From: Candidatus Uhrbacteria bacterium
GTDB taxonomy: Bacteria; Patescibacteriota; Patescibacteriia; UBA9934; GWF2-40-263
Reading direction: 5' to 3'
Length of the DNA: 64,000 nt
NCBI GenBank assembly: GCA_014239775.1
Contig: JAAZYG010000022.1
Location: 2,218-66,217, forward strand
The stretch's first letter is position 1; each line of letters starts with the position of its first letter. Made by a program: the position numbers and the translations under genes. The notes under the pieces were generated by a model. That model ran no database searches. It saw only the letters and a list, made by a program, of their open reading frames with translations, and had not been told where the DNA came from. Positions 1 to 10,236 of the stretch are shown piece by piece.

Positions 1-1210
1 ACAAGCTGGTTTTATAAATCAGTCAATGTCAGGGGTTTACAGCTACTTACCTTTAGGTTTGAGAGTGTTAAATAAAATTAAACAGATTGTTCGTGAGGAA
101 ATGGACGCATTGGGTGCAAATGAAATATTAATGCCAGCACTTCATTCAAAGAACTTATATGACACAACAGAGAGATGGGACTCAATCGATGTACTGTTTA
201 AATTAAAAGGTAGTGGAAAAAAGGAATATGCTTTAGGTTCAACTCATGAAGAAGTTGTAACACCCCTAGTAAAGGAGTATGTAAAATCATATAAAGATTT
301 ACCTGTCGCTGTATATCAGATACAAGATAAGTTTCGAGATGAGCCAAGAGCAAAATCAGGACTTTTACGTGGACGTGAATTTTCAATGAAAGATTTGTAC
401 AGCTTTCATCTAACAGAGGAAGATTTTAATAAGTTTTATGAAAAGTCTAAAGAGTCATATTTAAATGTATTTAGTCGTTGCGGACTTGATGCTGTTGTTG
501 TTGAAGCAAGTGGTGGGGTATTTTCAAAATTCTCACATGAATTTCAGGTAAAGACTGAGTATGGTGAAGATACAATTTTTAATTGTAAATGTGGTTTTGC
601 ACAAAACAAAGAAATTGCAGAAGTAAAAGAAGATGATGATTGTCCAAAGTGCGGTACAGGAAAAATTCAAACATCAAAGTCTATTGAGGTTGGAAATATT
701 TTTCCTTTAAAAAATAGATTCACAAAAGCTTTTGGTTTTAAGGTTCAAGGACAAGATGGAAAGCAGACAGACATCTTGATGGGTTGCTATGGAATTGGTC
801 CGTCTCGTGTCATGGGTTCAGTTGTAGAGGTGCATCATGATGATAAAGGAATTGTGTGGCCAAAGGCAATTGCACCATTTAACGTACATCTTATTTCAAT
901 AAAAAATAAAGACGAAGCTATACAAGAAAAAATTATGGGAATATGTCAGTCATTGCATGATGAGCTGAATCAACTTGGTGTAGATGTACTGTGGGACGAT
1001 AGAGAAAATATATCAGCTGGTCAAAAATTTGCAGATGCAGACTTGATAGGGAATCCACTTAGAATAGTTGTTTCTGAAAAGACGTTGGCAGATAATTCTG
1101 TTGAATGGAAAGAGCGCCATGAATCTGAAAGTAAGTTAGTTAGTACGGAAAATGCAGTGAATAAAATTAAGATGTTTATAGATGCACCAGATAATTTAAC
1201 AAGTCATTAG
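1..1210 (+). CDS. proS: prolyl-tRNA synthetase (class II), 5' end outside window
   Basis: Motif FRDEPRAKSGLLRGREFSMKDLYSF matches ProRS class II motif 2. A C-terminal anticodon-binding-like region follows. The ORF runs off the window start, so the first in-window Met is probably internal. Confidence 0.85.
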   Translation, partial: QAGFINQSMSGVYSYLPLGLRVLNKIKQIVREEMDALGANEILMPALHSKNLYDTTERWDSIDVLFKLKGSGKKEYALGSTHEEVVTPLVKEYVKSYKDLPVAVYQIQDKFRDEPRAKSGLLRGREFSMKDLYSFHLTEEDFNKFYEKSKESYLNVFSRCGLDAVVVEASGGVFSKFSHEFQVKTEYGEDTIFNCKCGFAQNKEIAEVKEDDDCPKCGTGKIQTSKSIEVGNIFPLKNRFTKAFGFKVQGQDGKQTDILMGCYGIGPSRVMGSVVEVHHDDKGIVWPKAIAPFNVHLISIKNKDEAIQEKIMGICQSLHDELNQLGVDVLWDDRENISAGQKFADADLIGNPLRIVVSEKTLADNSVEWKERHESESKLVSTENAVNKIKMFIDAPDNLTSH

Positions 1211-1212
1211 TA

Positions 1213-1241
1213 TTGACAAAAATGTAAAAATAAGCAATTAT
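1213..1241 (+). promoter_or_regulatory. sigma70-like promoter candidate (TTGACA, 17 nt, AATTAT)
   Basis: TTGACA at about 1213-1218 and an A/T-rich -10 seventeen nt downstream. Lies right after the proS stop. Confidence 0.3.
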
Positions 1242-1371
1242 ACACAGGTATGAACAGATCTATATCTTACAACGGAACACAATTTACACATGCATATGCA
1301 ATGCTTGTGTGTGTTTTTGGTTTGCCGGGTAAAAAGGATCTGATGTAAGTTTTTATTGATATCAGTTTCTA

Positions 1372-1400
1372 AACAACTCGGGAAACCGGGTTGTTTTTTT
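1372..1400 (+). terminator. hairpin plus T-run (attenuator or terminator) immediately upstream of the MFS gene RBS
   Basis: AACAAC-tCGGgaaaCCGg-GTTGTT stem followed by TTTTTTT. Confidence 0.45.
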
Positions 1401-1438
1401 GTTCTTTAAATATACAAACAAACCAAATTGGAGTTTTG

Positions 1439-2611
1439 ATGAGAGTAGAAAAAATGTATTACACGTTTGGTGGTTTGCATATGTTTGGTATTGGTGTAAT
1501 TGCGCCAGCCTACTCACCGTATATGCTATCGATCGGATTATCCTTAGCAGAGATCTCGCTTGTTAATGCTGTTTTTTGGATTGTTATGATTTGCGCAGAG
1601 CTTCCAACAGGAATGCTTGCAGATGGCAAATCACGTGCATGGTCATTAAAATTTGGTGCATTATTTTTTGGTACAGGTGCCGCTGGGTATTCAATTGCAA
1701 CAGATGTTACAAGTGTTGCTTTGTCAGAAGCAGTTATTGGAATAGGTGCTTCTATGGTGTCTGGTGCAAAACAAGCATGGATTACTGATGCATTGGATAA
1801 GGTTGGTAGAAAAGAAGATGTGCGTAAAGTATTTGCAACAGATGCAATAATCACATCTTTTTTAATGATGGCAGGTGGCTTTATTGGAGCTTATATAGCC
1901 ACAATTAATTACAGATATATTTGGGGTCCACTTATTTTCTGTAATATTATTGCTGCAGCAATTGCACATAAAGCAATGAATGGAAAAGGTGAACCTAATG
2001 TAAGAGTTGATGAGTTTGTGGCATTAAGAAAAAGTATTGAGCATTTAAAGAAAAGCAGATCATTACAATGGGTCATTTCAATCACAATCTTGTCAGGCTG
2101 TGTTGTGTGTTTCAATCACTATTGGTCTATATACTTTAAGCCAATGGTTGGTCAGATCAACCTATCATGGATATGGGTATTCATTTATGTATCAATGATG
2201 CTGTCTGGCATGTATGTGCGTAATGTAAAAATAAGACCAGGGAAAGAGGTTGCACTAATCATAGGTTCAATTGTGATTTCTGGTAGTGGTTTAGTGCTGA
2301 TGTCTTATTTTAACGGTCTAATATTATCACTTACAGCGGTGGCAATTCATGAAATTGGTAGGGGGATATTTTTTCCATTAGTAGATGCATTTGTACAAAC
2401 AAGGGTACGTAGTTCATACAGGGCAACATTTGGTTCACTTCAGTCATTTATTGGAGGACTGGGATTTCCAATTGTGCTTTTATGTATGTGGCTTGCTGTG
2501 TCTGGAGAGCCAGAATCAAATAAGACAATCGATATGGTTTGGTCTGTATGTGGAAGTATTTTAATTGTTGGAGGGATTATTTTTTGGTTGTTTAGACCAA
2601 AAGAAAAATAA
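1439..2611 (+). CDS. MFS-type transporter (12-TM permease)
   Basis: Multi-TM hydrophobic protein with MFS-like loop motifs. Start moved to the ATG at 1439, which has GGAG 8 nt upstream; the ORF track begins at a TTG at 1391 inside the upstream hairpin. Confidence 0.7.
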   Translation: MRVEKMYYTFGGLHMFGIGVIAPAYSPYMLSIGLSLAEISLVNAVFWIVMICAELPTGMLADGKSRAWSLKFGALFFGTGAAGYSIATDVTSVALSEAVIGIGASMVSGAKQAWITDALDKVGRKEDVRKVFATDAIITSFLMMAGGFIGAYIATINYRYIWGPLIFCNIIAAAIAHKAMNGKGEPNVRVDEFVALRKSIEHLKKSRSLQWVISITILSGCVVCFNHYWSIYFKPMVGQINLSWIWVFIYVSMMLSGMYVRNVKIRPGKEVALIIGSIVISGSGLVLMSYFNGLILSLTAVAIHEIGRGIFFPLVDAFVQTRVRSSYRATFGSLQSFIGGLGFPIVLLCMWLAVSGEPESNKTIDMVWSVCGSILIVGGIIFWLFRPKEK

Positions 2612-2612
2612 C

Positions 2613-2670
2613 ACATTCAAGTGAATGTGTTTTTTATTTTAAAAACAGACCGTATAGGATCTGTTTTTAA
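2613..2670. terminator. two convergent hairpin terminators between the MFS and hup genes
   Basis: ACACATTCA/TGAATGTGT followed by T-run; then AAACAGAcc...ggATCTGTTTTT. Confidence 0.5.
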
Positions 2671-2678
2671 TATTTTTT

Positions 2679-2969
2679 TTATATTGATCGCTTTCCTTTG
2701 AGTGTGTCCTTCAGTGCCTTACCAGCCTTAAACTTAGGAACAATGACTGCAGGTATTTCGATTGATTCAGAAGGGTTTTGTGGGTTGACTCCCATTCGTC
2801 CTTTTCTTTCACGTGCACTAAATGTTCCAAAGCCTGCAATTGTAACATCCTCACCTCTTACAAGTGTTTTCGTTATTGTTTTTTCAAATGTGGCAATAAA
2901 ATCTTCAGCAAGTTTTTTTGATACATTTAGTTGCTCAGATAATTGTGCGGCAAGTTCTACTTTATTCAT
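2679..2969 (-). CDS. hup: HU/IHF-family DNA-binding protein
   Basis: 96 aa with HU signature FGTFSARERKGRMGVNPQNPSESIEIPA and a typical HU arm. Confidence 0.85.
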   Translation of the reverse strand: MNKVELAAQLSEQLNVSKKLAEDFIATFEKTITKTLVRGEDVTIAGFGTFSARERKGRMGVNPQNPSESIEIPAVIVPKFKAGKALKDTLKGKRSI

Positions 2970-3028
2970 ATATGCTAATTATTAACTAATCTACCGTAAG
3001 TATAGCAGAATATTTAATGTCAAACAAT

Positions 3029-4603
3029 CTATTTTGCATATTCAATAACTCGAGTTTCTCGTATAATAGTAATCTTAATTTCACCAGGATAACTAAGCTC
3101 CGCCTCAACTTTATTGGCAATATCTTTTGCTAGGTTGTATGCAGTTAAGTCATTAATTTTTTCTGGATGTACAAACACTCTGACTTGTCGTCCTGCCTGT
3201 ATTGCATATACTTTTTCAACACCGTCAAAGGAACCAGCTGTTTGTTCAAGTTCTTCCATTCTTTGAACAAATTGTTCAAGTGATTGTTTTCTGGCTCCAG
3301 GTCGCGCACCGCTAATAGCGTCACCCGCTTTAACAATTGCACCTTCTATTGTACGAGGCTTATCTTCATGGTGGGCAATTGATTGGTAACAAATTTCCTC
3401 AGGAAAACCAAATTTCTTCATTATATTATAACCTATTTCAGGATGAGCACCTTGCATGTCATGATCTACTGCTTTTCCAATATCATGAAATAGTCCACCT
3501 TTTTTACATACAAATACATTTGCACCAAGTTCTTCTGCAATCATTCCAGAGATCATGCCAACTTCAATTGAATGTTGTAATGCATTTTGTCCGTAACTGG
3601 TCCGGTACTTCATTCTTCCAAGAATTGAAATCAATTTAGGATCAATTGATGAAACAGGTATTCCTAATTGGTATAAAGCATCTTCTCCAGATTTTCTTAG
3701 ATCTTTTGTGAGTGCTTTTTTTGCATCTTGTACTGATTCTTCTATGCGTGCTGGGTGAATACGACCATCCTTTATTAATGAGTCAAGTGCAATTTTTGCA
3801 ACCTGACGTCTAATAGGGGAGAAGCCGCTAATTGTGATCATCTCAGGTGTGTCATCAACAATAATTTCTGTTCCTGTAAGCATTTCAATCGCTTTAATGT
3901 TTCGTCCTTCTTTTCCAATTATCCTACCCTTCATTTCATCATTCGGTAGACTAACCGATGTTGTTGTAGTATCAGTGCAAACAGAAGATGCGAACCTTGT
4001 TAATGCAAGTGATAAGATCTTTCTTGATGTTTTTTCAAGTTCCTCTTCAGAGGTTTGTTCAAGTTTCCTTACTCTATTCATTAATGCGTCTTGTTCATCA
4101 GATTCAATGATTTGTAATAGTTTTTCTTTTGCATCTTCTCTTGAAAGACCTGCAACTTCTTGTAATTTTGTGATTTGCTGCTCCTTAATATCACTTATCT
4201 TTATTTTAAGTTCATCTAGTTGTTTATTTTTTTCATCAAGTTGGGTTTTTTTATTTTCAAATTCCATCAACTTTTGATCAAACATGTTTTCGCGTTTTTC
4301 TATTCTTCTTTGTTGATCTTGTATATCTCTTCTTCTAGATTTTTCATCATTCTTTGCTTCATCTACAATCTTAATTGCCTTTTCTTTTGAGCGAATAATG
4401 ATTTCTTGTTCTTTGTTCTTAGCATCTTGAAGTAATTTTTGCTGTTTTGTTTTTGCATCTTCAAGCATTTTACTAGCACGATCCTCAGCATCATTGGCTG
4501 ATTTTTTGGCGGAAATTTTTCTCAATATATAGCCAAGTATCACACCAGTCACACTTGATATCAATGCTATAAAAATTATATTTATATTCATAAAACTTCT
4601 CAT
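3029..4603 (-). CDS. rny: ribonuclease Y
   Basis: N-terminal TM helix, long K/E coiled-coil, KH domain (GKEGRNIKAIE) and HD domain (HSIEVG...LFHDIGKA). The C-terminus RETRVIEYAK ends in TAG, as in characterised RNase Y. Confidence 0.9.
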   Translation of the reverse strand: MRSFMNINIIFIALISSVTGVILGYILRKISAKKSANDAEDRASKMLEDAKTKQQKLLQDAKNKEQEIIIRSKEKAIKIVDEAKNDEKSRRRDIQDQQRRIEKRENMFDQKLMEFENKKTQLDEKNKQLDELKIKISDIKEQQITKLQEVAGLSREDAKEKLLQIIESDEQDALMNRVRKLEQTSEEELEKTSRKILSLALTRFASSVCTDTTTTSVSLPNDEMKGRIIGKEGRNIKAIEMLTGTEIIVDDTPEMITISGFSPIRRQVAKIALDSLIKDGRIHPARIEESVQDAKKALTKDLRKSGEDALYQLGIPVSSIDPKLISILGRMKYRTSYGQNALQHSIEVGMISGMIAEELGANVFVCKKGGLFHDIGKAVDHDMQGAHPEIGYNIMKKFGFPEEICYQSIAHHEDKPRTIEGAIVKAGDAISGARPGARKQSLEQFVQRMEELEQTAGSFDGVEKVYAIQAGRQVRVFVHPEKINDLTAYNLAKDIANKVEAELSYPGEIKITIIRETRVIEYAK

Positions 4604-4842
4604 TGTTTTGAGAAGTTGAATAAATTACGCCGTTAAGACGTAATAGGTGTATACGGTTGTTATGATTTGCTTCCTATAATAAAAAACCTGACTTAATATT
4701 ATGTAAGTAGGTTATTTTAGTGCTAAATTTAGTAAAATCTCTAAAATTCATAGGAAAGTATTTCAAACCGCAACTTCAACTTCTGTAAAACTATTTAATA
4801 TCATTAGTTACTTTAAAAGATTATCAGAGGACATGTTCAATG

Positions 4843-5550
4843 TCAAAGTTTATCAAGAAATAAATTTATTGGTTGAATGTGTTTTTCTGTTCCTATTTTT
4901 TTAATTTCATCAATACTAAGTGATTCTAGGGCCGTGTAAGGACCTATTTGTGTGCGGTGCAGTTTTTCAACATAACCACCTGTACCAAGTTGTTTTCCTA
5001 AATCACGTGCAATTGCTCGTATATATGTTCCTGTAGAGCAATGTATTTTTACTTCTAAGGAATATTTATTTGAAGTTATTTTGTTGAATTTAAGTAATTC
5101 AAGACTGTAAATTGTTATTTTTCTTAATTTCGGTTTAACAGTTTTACCGCTTCTGGCAATTTCGTACATTTTTTTACCATTTATCTTGATTGCAGAATAT
5201 TGTGGTGGTTCTTGTTCTATTTCACCAGAGAATGCAGGTAATACTGTTGTTATATCTTCTTCTGTAATTTCATTATGAATAGGAACTTCAATTAGTTGGC
5301 CTGTTTTATCGTCTGTATCAGATGATTGTCCTATGATAAAAGTCGCTTCATATTTTTTATCTAAACCAACTAAGTTTTTCATTTCACGGGTCGCCTCTCT
5401 TGTTACGGCAACAATAAGTAGTCCAGTTGCAAATGGATCAAGGGTGCCCGCATGACCTACTCGTTTTTCATTGGTTAGTTTGCGGACCTGATTAACAACA
5501 TCGTGTGATGTAACATCTGTTTGTTTATTAATTAACAAAAAACCTTTCAT
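4843..5550 (-). CDS. truB: tRNA pseudouridine(55) synthase
   Basis: GHAGTLDPFATGLL catalytic Asp motif. Ends in TGA. Confidence 0.9.
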   Translation of the reverse strand: MKGFLLINKQTDVTSHDVVNQVRKLTNEKRVGHAGTLDPFATGLLIVAVTREATREMKNLVGLDKKYEATFIIGQSSDTDDKTGQLIEVPIHNEITEEDITTVLPAFSGEIEQEPPQYSAIKINGKKMYEIARSGKTVKPKLRKITIYSLELLKFNKITSNKYSLEVKIHCSTGTYIRAIARDLGKQLGTGGYVEKLHRTQIGPYTALESLSIDEIKKIGTEKHIQPINLFLDKL

Positions 5551-5605
5551 AGATTGACCTTTTTGGATTTTTTAGCTAAACTCCCAATCAGTTTTCGGTA
5601 AGAGT

Positions 5606-7666
5606 ATGCCGAATATATACCAGTGTCTACCAATATATATGAATATAACAGAATTAGCACGAAGACTAAGAGCAAATCCAGAAGAGCTAAGGCAAAAATT
5701 GCCAGAGCTCGGTTTTAGTTTTGGTAGAAAAGCAATAAAAATAGACACAAAACAAGCACATAAAATTATTGAGGCGTGGTCAGACATGAAGAGAAAAGAA
5801 CGTCTGGCTGAAAAAGTAGAGGCACAAAAAGCATTAGCACAAAGAAAGAAAGATACACCAAGAGAAGAATTGGAAGAGGTTAGAGTTACGGCAATTATTA
5901 CGGTTCGTGATTTTGCTTCACGATTACAGTTGCCTGTACCAAAACTAATGCAAGAGTTGATGAAAAATGGGATTCTAGCATCTATTAACCAAGAGATTGA
6001 TTTTGATACAGCATCTATTATTGCTGAGGATTTAGGATTTCGTGCAGAGCTAGAAGGTCAAGAGATTGATAACGATGAGGAAGGAATTGAAAAAATTTTA
6101 GAAAGTGTAGAAAAGGAAGACAGTGCAAATCTTGTTGAGCGTCCACCTGTTGTTGTTGTGATGGGTCACGTAGATCATGGAAAAACAAGATTGCTTGACG
6201 CAATACGTAATACAAACATAATTGACACAGAGGCCGGTGGAATTACTCAGCACATTGGTGCATATCAGGTAACAAGAAAAGACCAGCAGATTACTTTTAT
6301 TGATACACCAGGTCACGAAGCTTTTACTGTAATGAGGTCTCGTGGTGCAAAGGTTGCAGATATTGCGATTTTGGTTGTGGCAGTTGATGATGGTGTGCAA
6401 CCTCAAACAAAAGAAGCTATTAATATTATAAAATCAGCAAATCTTCCGTTTATAATTGCTTTAAACAAGATTGATAGAGAACAAGCTAATATAGAGAGGG
6501 TTAAAGGTGAGTTGGCAGAATTTGATTTAGTATCTGAAGACTGGGGAGGAAAAACCATAATGGTTCCAATATCTGCAAAACAAGAAACAAACATCGATAA
6601 TCTGTTGGATATGTTGTTGTTGGTGTATGACATGGAAAAGAAAAATATTGTCGCCAATCCAAAAAGAAAAGCAATCGGAACGGTAATTGAATCCAATGTT
6701 GATCCAGGCACAGGCCCTGTTGCAACAGTACTGGTTCAAAGTGGAACTTTAAAAATTACAGACACACTTGGTGTGCGGGGTAATTTATTTGGACGTGTAA
6801 GAAAGATGGTTGACTTTTCGGGCAGTGATTTAAAAGAGGCGGTACCATCTACCCCTGTAAAGATTATAGGTTGGAAATTAGCACCTGCTGTAGGTGATGT
6901 TATGGAGGTTCCAAAAAATGTAAAAGATTTGAAAAAGATTAAGTCTACTGACATGTCACTTAAGGCAACTGAGGAAGTTGCGTCTATGAAAGTTTTAACA
7001 ACTGATTCTAGTTCAGATTCAGAAGAAAAGAAATTTCTAAATATATTAATAAGGTCAGACGTACTGGGTTCATTAGAGGCAATATTGGGTATGCTTGATA
7101 AGATTAAGCATGAGGATGTTGGTGTAAAGGTTGTACAAAAAGGCCTAGGAAATATTACAGATGCTGATATTCTGAGTGCAGAGGCATCAGGTGCAATTGC
7201 TATAGGGTTTAATGTTGTTCCAACAACAAGTGCTAAAAGGCTTGCAAGAGAAAAGAAAGTTGATCTAAGAGAATATAAAATTATTTATAAATTATTTGAG
7301 GACATACTTGTTGATCTTGAAAAACATGTACCTTCAGAGACTGTAATCACAGAACATGGAATATTTGAGGTGTTAAAGAACTTCAAAAAAATAGATGGAG
7401 GTTATATTATTGGAGGACGTGTTAAGAAGGGTAAACTTATACCAGATCTAAAGTTGCGTTTAAAACGTGGCGATGAATATGTTGGTGAGGGTATTATAAA
7501 AAGTTTACAGCTTGGAAAATCTGAAATGAAAGAAGCGAATGAAGGGCAGGAGATAGGTGTTAATTATAAAGGAAAAGCAAGTCCAGAAGAAGGTGATCTT
7601 ATTGAGGCTTATACTGAAGAAAGGATCGCAAAAGAATTTATACTGGAAGGAATAAATCTAAGATAA
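5606..7666 (+). CDS. infB: translation initiation factor IF-2
   Basis: GTPase G1 motif [26 protein letters not shown] and C-terminal IF-2 beta-barrels. Start could instead be the ATG at 5639. Confidence 0.9.
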   Translation: MPNIYQCLPIYMNITELARRLRANPEELRQKLPELGFSFGRKAIKIDTKQAHKIIEAWSDMKRKERLAEKVEAQKALAQRKKDTPREELEEVRVTAIITVRDFASRLQLPVPKLMQELMKNGILASINQEIDFDTASIIAEDLGFRAELEGQEIDNDEEGIEKILESVEKEDSANLVERPPVVVVMGHVDHGKTRLLDAIRNTNIIDTEAGGITQHIGAYQVTRKDQQITFIDTPGHEAFTVMRSRGAKVADIAILVVAVDDGVQPQTKEAINIIKSANLPFIIALNKIDREQANIERVKGELAEFDLVSEDWGGKTIMVPISAKQETNIDNLLDMLLLVYDMEKKNIVANPKRKAIGTVIESNVDPGTGPVATVLVQSGTLKITDTLGVRGNLFGRVRKMVDFSGSDLKEAVPSTPVKIIGWKLAPAVGDVMEVPKNVKDLKKIKSTDMSLKATEEVASMKVLTTDSSSDSEEKKFLNILIRSDVLGSLEAILGMLDKIKHEDVGVKVVQKGLGNITDADILSAEASGAIAIGFNVVPTTSAKRLAREKKVDLREYKIIYKLFEDILVDLEKHVPSETVITEHGIFEVLKNFKKIDGGYIIGGRVKKGKLIPDLKLRLKRGDEYVGEGIIKSLQLGKSEMKEANEGQEIGVNYKGKASPEEGDLIEAYTEERIAKEFILEGINLR

Positions 7667-7683
7667 AATTTAATGTATATATT

Positions 7684-8001
7684 ATGGCGGAATTAAATCT
7701 TACTAAAGATAATTTTGAACAATCAGTTATACAGGCAGATAAGCCTGTAATGATAGATTTTTGGGCGCCATGGTGTGGGCCTTGCAAAGCAATGTCTCCT
7801 GTAATAGAGGAGCTGGCAAATGAAATGGATGATGCTTTGATAGGTAAGGTTAATGTGGATGATAATCCAGATTTAGCACAAAAGCATAATGTGTTATCAA
7901 TACCAACATTTATTATTTATAAAGGAGGTCAGGTTGTTGATCAGTTTTCTGGGTCAATGAGTAAGGGTGAATTAAAAGAGAAAATTGAAAAATATATTTG
8001 A
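7684..8001 (+). CDS. trxA: thioredoxin
   Basis: WAPWCGPCK active site in a 105 aa protein. Confidence 0.9.
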   Translation: MAELNLTKDNFEQSVIQADKPVMIDFWAPWCGPCKAMSPVIEELANEMDDALIGKVNVDDNPDLAQKHNVLSIPTFIIYKGGQVVDQFSGSMSKGELKEKIEKYI

Positions 8002-8002
8002 T

Positions 8003-8941
8003 ATGGATATTCAAAATCTTATAATAATAGGTTCGGGTCCTGCTGGGTATACAGCTGCAATTTATGCTGCAAGAGCTGAATTAAAACCATTATTATTTGA
8101 AGGAAGGCAGCTTGGAGGTCAGCCAGGTGGGCAACTAATGTTAACAACGGAGGTTGAGAATTATCCAGGGTTTCCAGAAGGGTTGACTGGGCCAGAGATG
8201 ATGGCAAACTTTAAAAAACAAGCAGAACGATTTAATACAGAGATAGTTAGTGACGATATTGTGGAAGTTGATTTTTCTGTGCGTCCATTTATTCTAAAAA
8301 CAGAGAATAAAGAATATAAAGCAAATTCAGTAATTATTTGTACTGGAGCACAAGCTGTGTGGCTGGGTGTAGAAGGTGAGCAAAAGTATCAGGGTGCAGG
8401 AGTCTCAGCATGTGCAACCTGTGATGGATTTTTCTTTAAGGATCAAGAAATTATTGTTGTTGGTGGTGGAGATTCTGCGATGGAAGAAGCAAATTTTTTA
8501 ACAAAATTTGCAAGTAAGGTTACTATTCTTGTTAGAAGAGACGAATTGAAAGCATCAAAGATCATGCAAAGGCGATCTATGGACAATGCAAAGATTAGTT
8601 TTTTATGGAATACTGAGGTACAAGAAGTTTTGGGTGATGGGAATAGAATGACAGGTGTAAAAATTATTAACAATCAAACAAAGGAGACATCAGAATTAAA
8701 TGCTGGAGGTTTATTTGTGGCAATAGGCCATAAACCAAATAGTGATATTTTTAAAGGCAAGATAGATCTTGATGAAAAGGGTTATATAGTAGTTGGGCAA
8801 GGTAATACAAAAACAAGTGTCGAGGGTATTTTTGCAGGAGGAGACATAATAGATTATATATACAGGCAAGCTGTTACAGCTGCAGGTACAGGTTGTATGG
8901 CTGCGCTGGACGCAGAACGGTATTTGTCATCTAAAGAATAA
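8003..8941 (+). CDS. trxB: thioredoxin-disulfide reductase
   Basis: FAD motif IIGSGPAGYTAA, redox CATCDG and NAD(P) motif GGGDSAMEEA. Start moved to the Met just after the trxA stop. Confidence 0.9.
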   Translation: MDIQNLIIIGSGPAGYTAAIYAARAELKPLLFEGRQLGGQPGGQLMLTTEVENYPGFPEGLTGPEMMANFKKQAERFNTEIVSDDIVEVDFSVRPFILKTENKEYKANSVIICTGAQAVWLGVEGEQKYQGAGVSACATCDGFFFKDQEIIVVGGGDSAMEEANFLTKFASKVTILVRRDELKASKIMQRRSMDNAKISFLWNTEVQEVLGDGNRMTGVKIINNQTKETSELNAGGLFVAIGHKPNSDIFKGKIDLDEKGYIVVGQGNTKTSVEGIFAGGDIIDYIYRQAVTAAGTGCMAALDAERYLSSKE

Positions 8942-8998
8942 AAATAGTAGAATAGGCGAGGTCAGAAAGGCCTCGTTTTTAATAGCAATAGAAAGCAC

Positions 8999-10216
8999 AT
9001 GATTATGTCTAATCCATTTAAAAATGCACTAAATCAACTGACGCGTGCAAATAAAGTACAAACATTTAGTAAAGAGTTTATAGAAAAGTTATTAATTCCA
9101 AATAATATAGTTGAGGTTTCAATTCCTGTAAAAATGGATGATGGATCAATGAAATCTTATGATGGATATCGTGTACAGTATAACAATGCAAGAGGTCCTT
9201 ATAAGGGGGGTATACGTTTTCATGAACAAGTAGATTTGGAGGAAGTTAAAGCATTGGCTTTTTGGATGGTACTGAAAGCGGCTGTGGTTAATATTCCAAC
9301 GGGCGGAGGAAAAGGTGGTGTAAAGGTGAATCCAAAAAAGTTATCAAATAAAGAGATTTAACTATTGTCTCGTGGTTGGATTAGGGCAATGGTTGAGTAT
9401 ATTGGGCCAGATAAAGATGTTCCAGCACCTGATGTAAATACAACCCCACAAATAATGGAATGGATGGCTGATGAATATGCAAAACTTACAGGTGACAATT
9501 CAGGTGCTGTAATTACTGGCAAACCACTTGGTAAGGGGGGTTCTGAAGGTAGGGATGTAGCAACTGCATTGGGTGGTTTCTACACATTTGAAGCACTCAA
9601 AGAACGTGTAAATTTATCAGAAAAATGTTCAGTTGTTATTCAGGGATTTGGTAACGCAGGTCAGCACGTAGCTAGTTTTTTTAATAACGCATCACATTCT
9701 GTAATGGCAGTGTCTGATTCTTCGGGTGCTATTTATAATGCAGAAGGATTGGATATACAAAAGTTAATAGAACATAAAAAGGAAACAGGATCTGTAGTTG
9801 GTTTTGAAGGTTCTAAGAATATTGAAAAAGTATTAGAAATAAATTGTGATGTATTAATACCAGCAGCATTGGAAAATCAGATCACATCTGAGAATGTGCA
9901 TAATATAAATACCAAATTAATTTTAGAGTTAGCAAATGGACCAACAACTCCAGAAGCAGATGACATTTTATTTGAAAAAGGTGTTGTAGTTGTACCAGAT
10001 ATTTTGGCAAATGCAGGAGGTGTTACAGTATCAACATTTGAGTGGGAACAGAATTTAAAAAATGAACATTGGTTAGAGCAAGATATTTTTGAAAAATTAC
10101 AAAAAATTATGCATCAGGAATCTGTAAATATTTATAATAAAGCACAGACACTTAAGACAGATCTAAGACGTGCTGCATTCATTGTTGCACTAGAACGTCT
10201 TGAGGATGCAATGTAA
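8999..10216 (+). pseudogene. Glu/Leu/Phe/Val dehydrogenase (GDH-like) interrupted by one in-frame TAA at 9359-9361
   Basis: N-terminal part has GGIRFH and the catalytic Gly-rich K-loop PTGGGKGG. C-terminal part has IGPDKDVPAPDV and the Rossmann motif VIQGFGNAGQ. Both parts are in the same frame and separated only by TAA (..KEI*LLSRGW..), with no frameshift. Confidence 0.6.
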
Positions 10217-10236
10217 AGTTGTTAATATTATTTTGT

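Noticed and set aside
5572-5787. 71-aa minus-strand ORF overlapping the infB 5' end
   Set aside because: It overlaps the well-supported infB start region and the truB-infB divergent promoter. It is hydrophobic low-complexity with no RBS.
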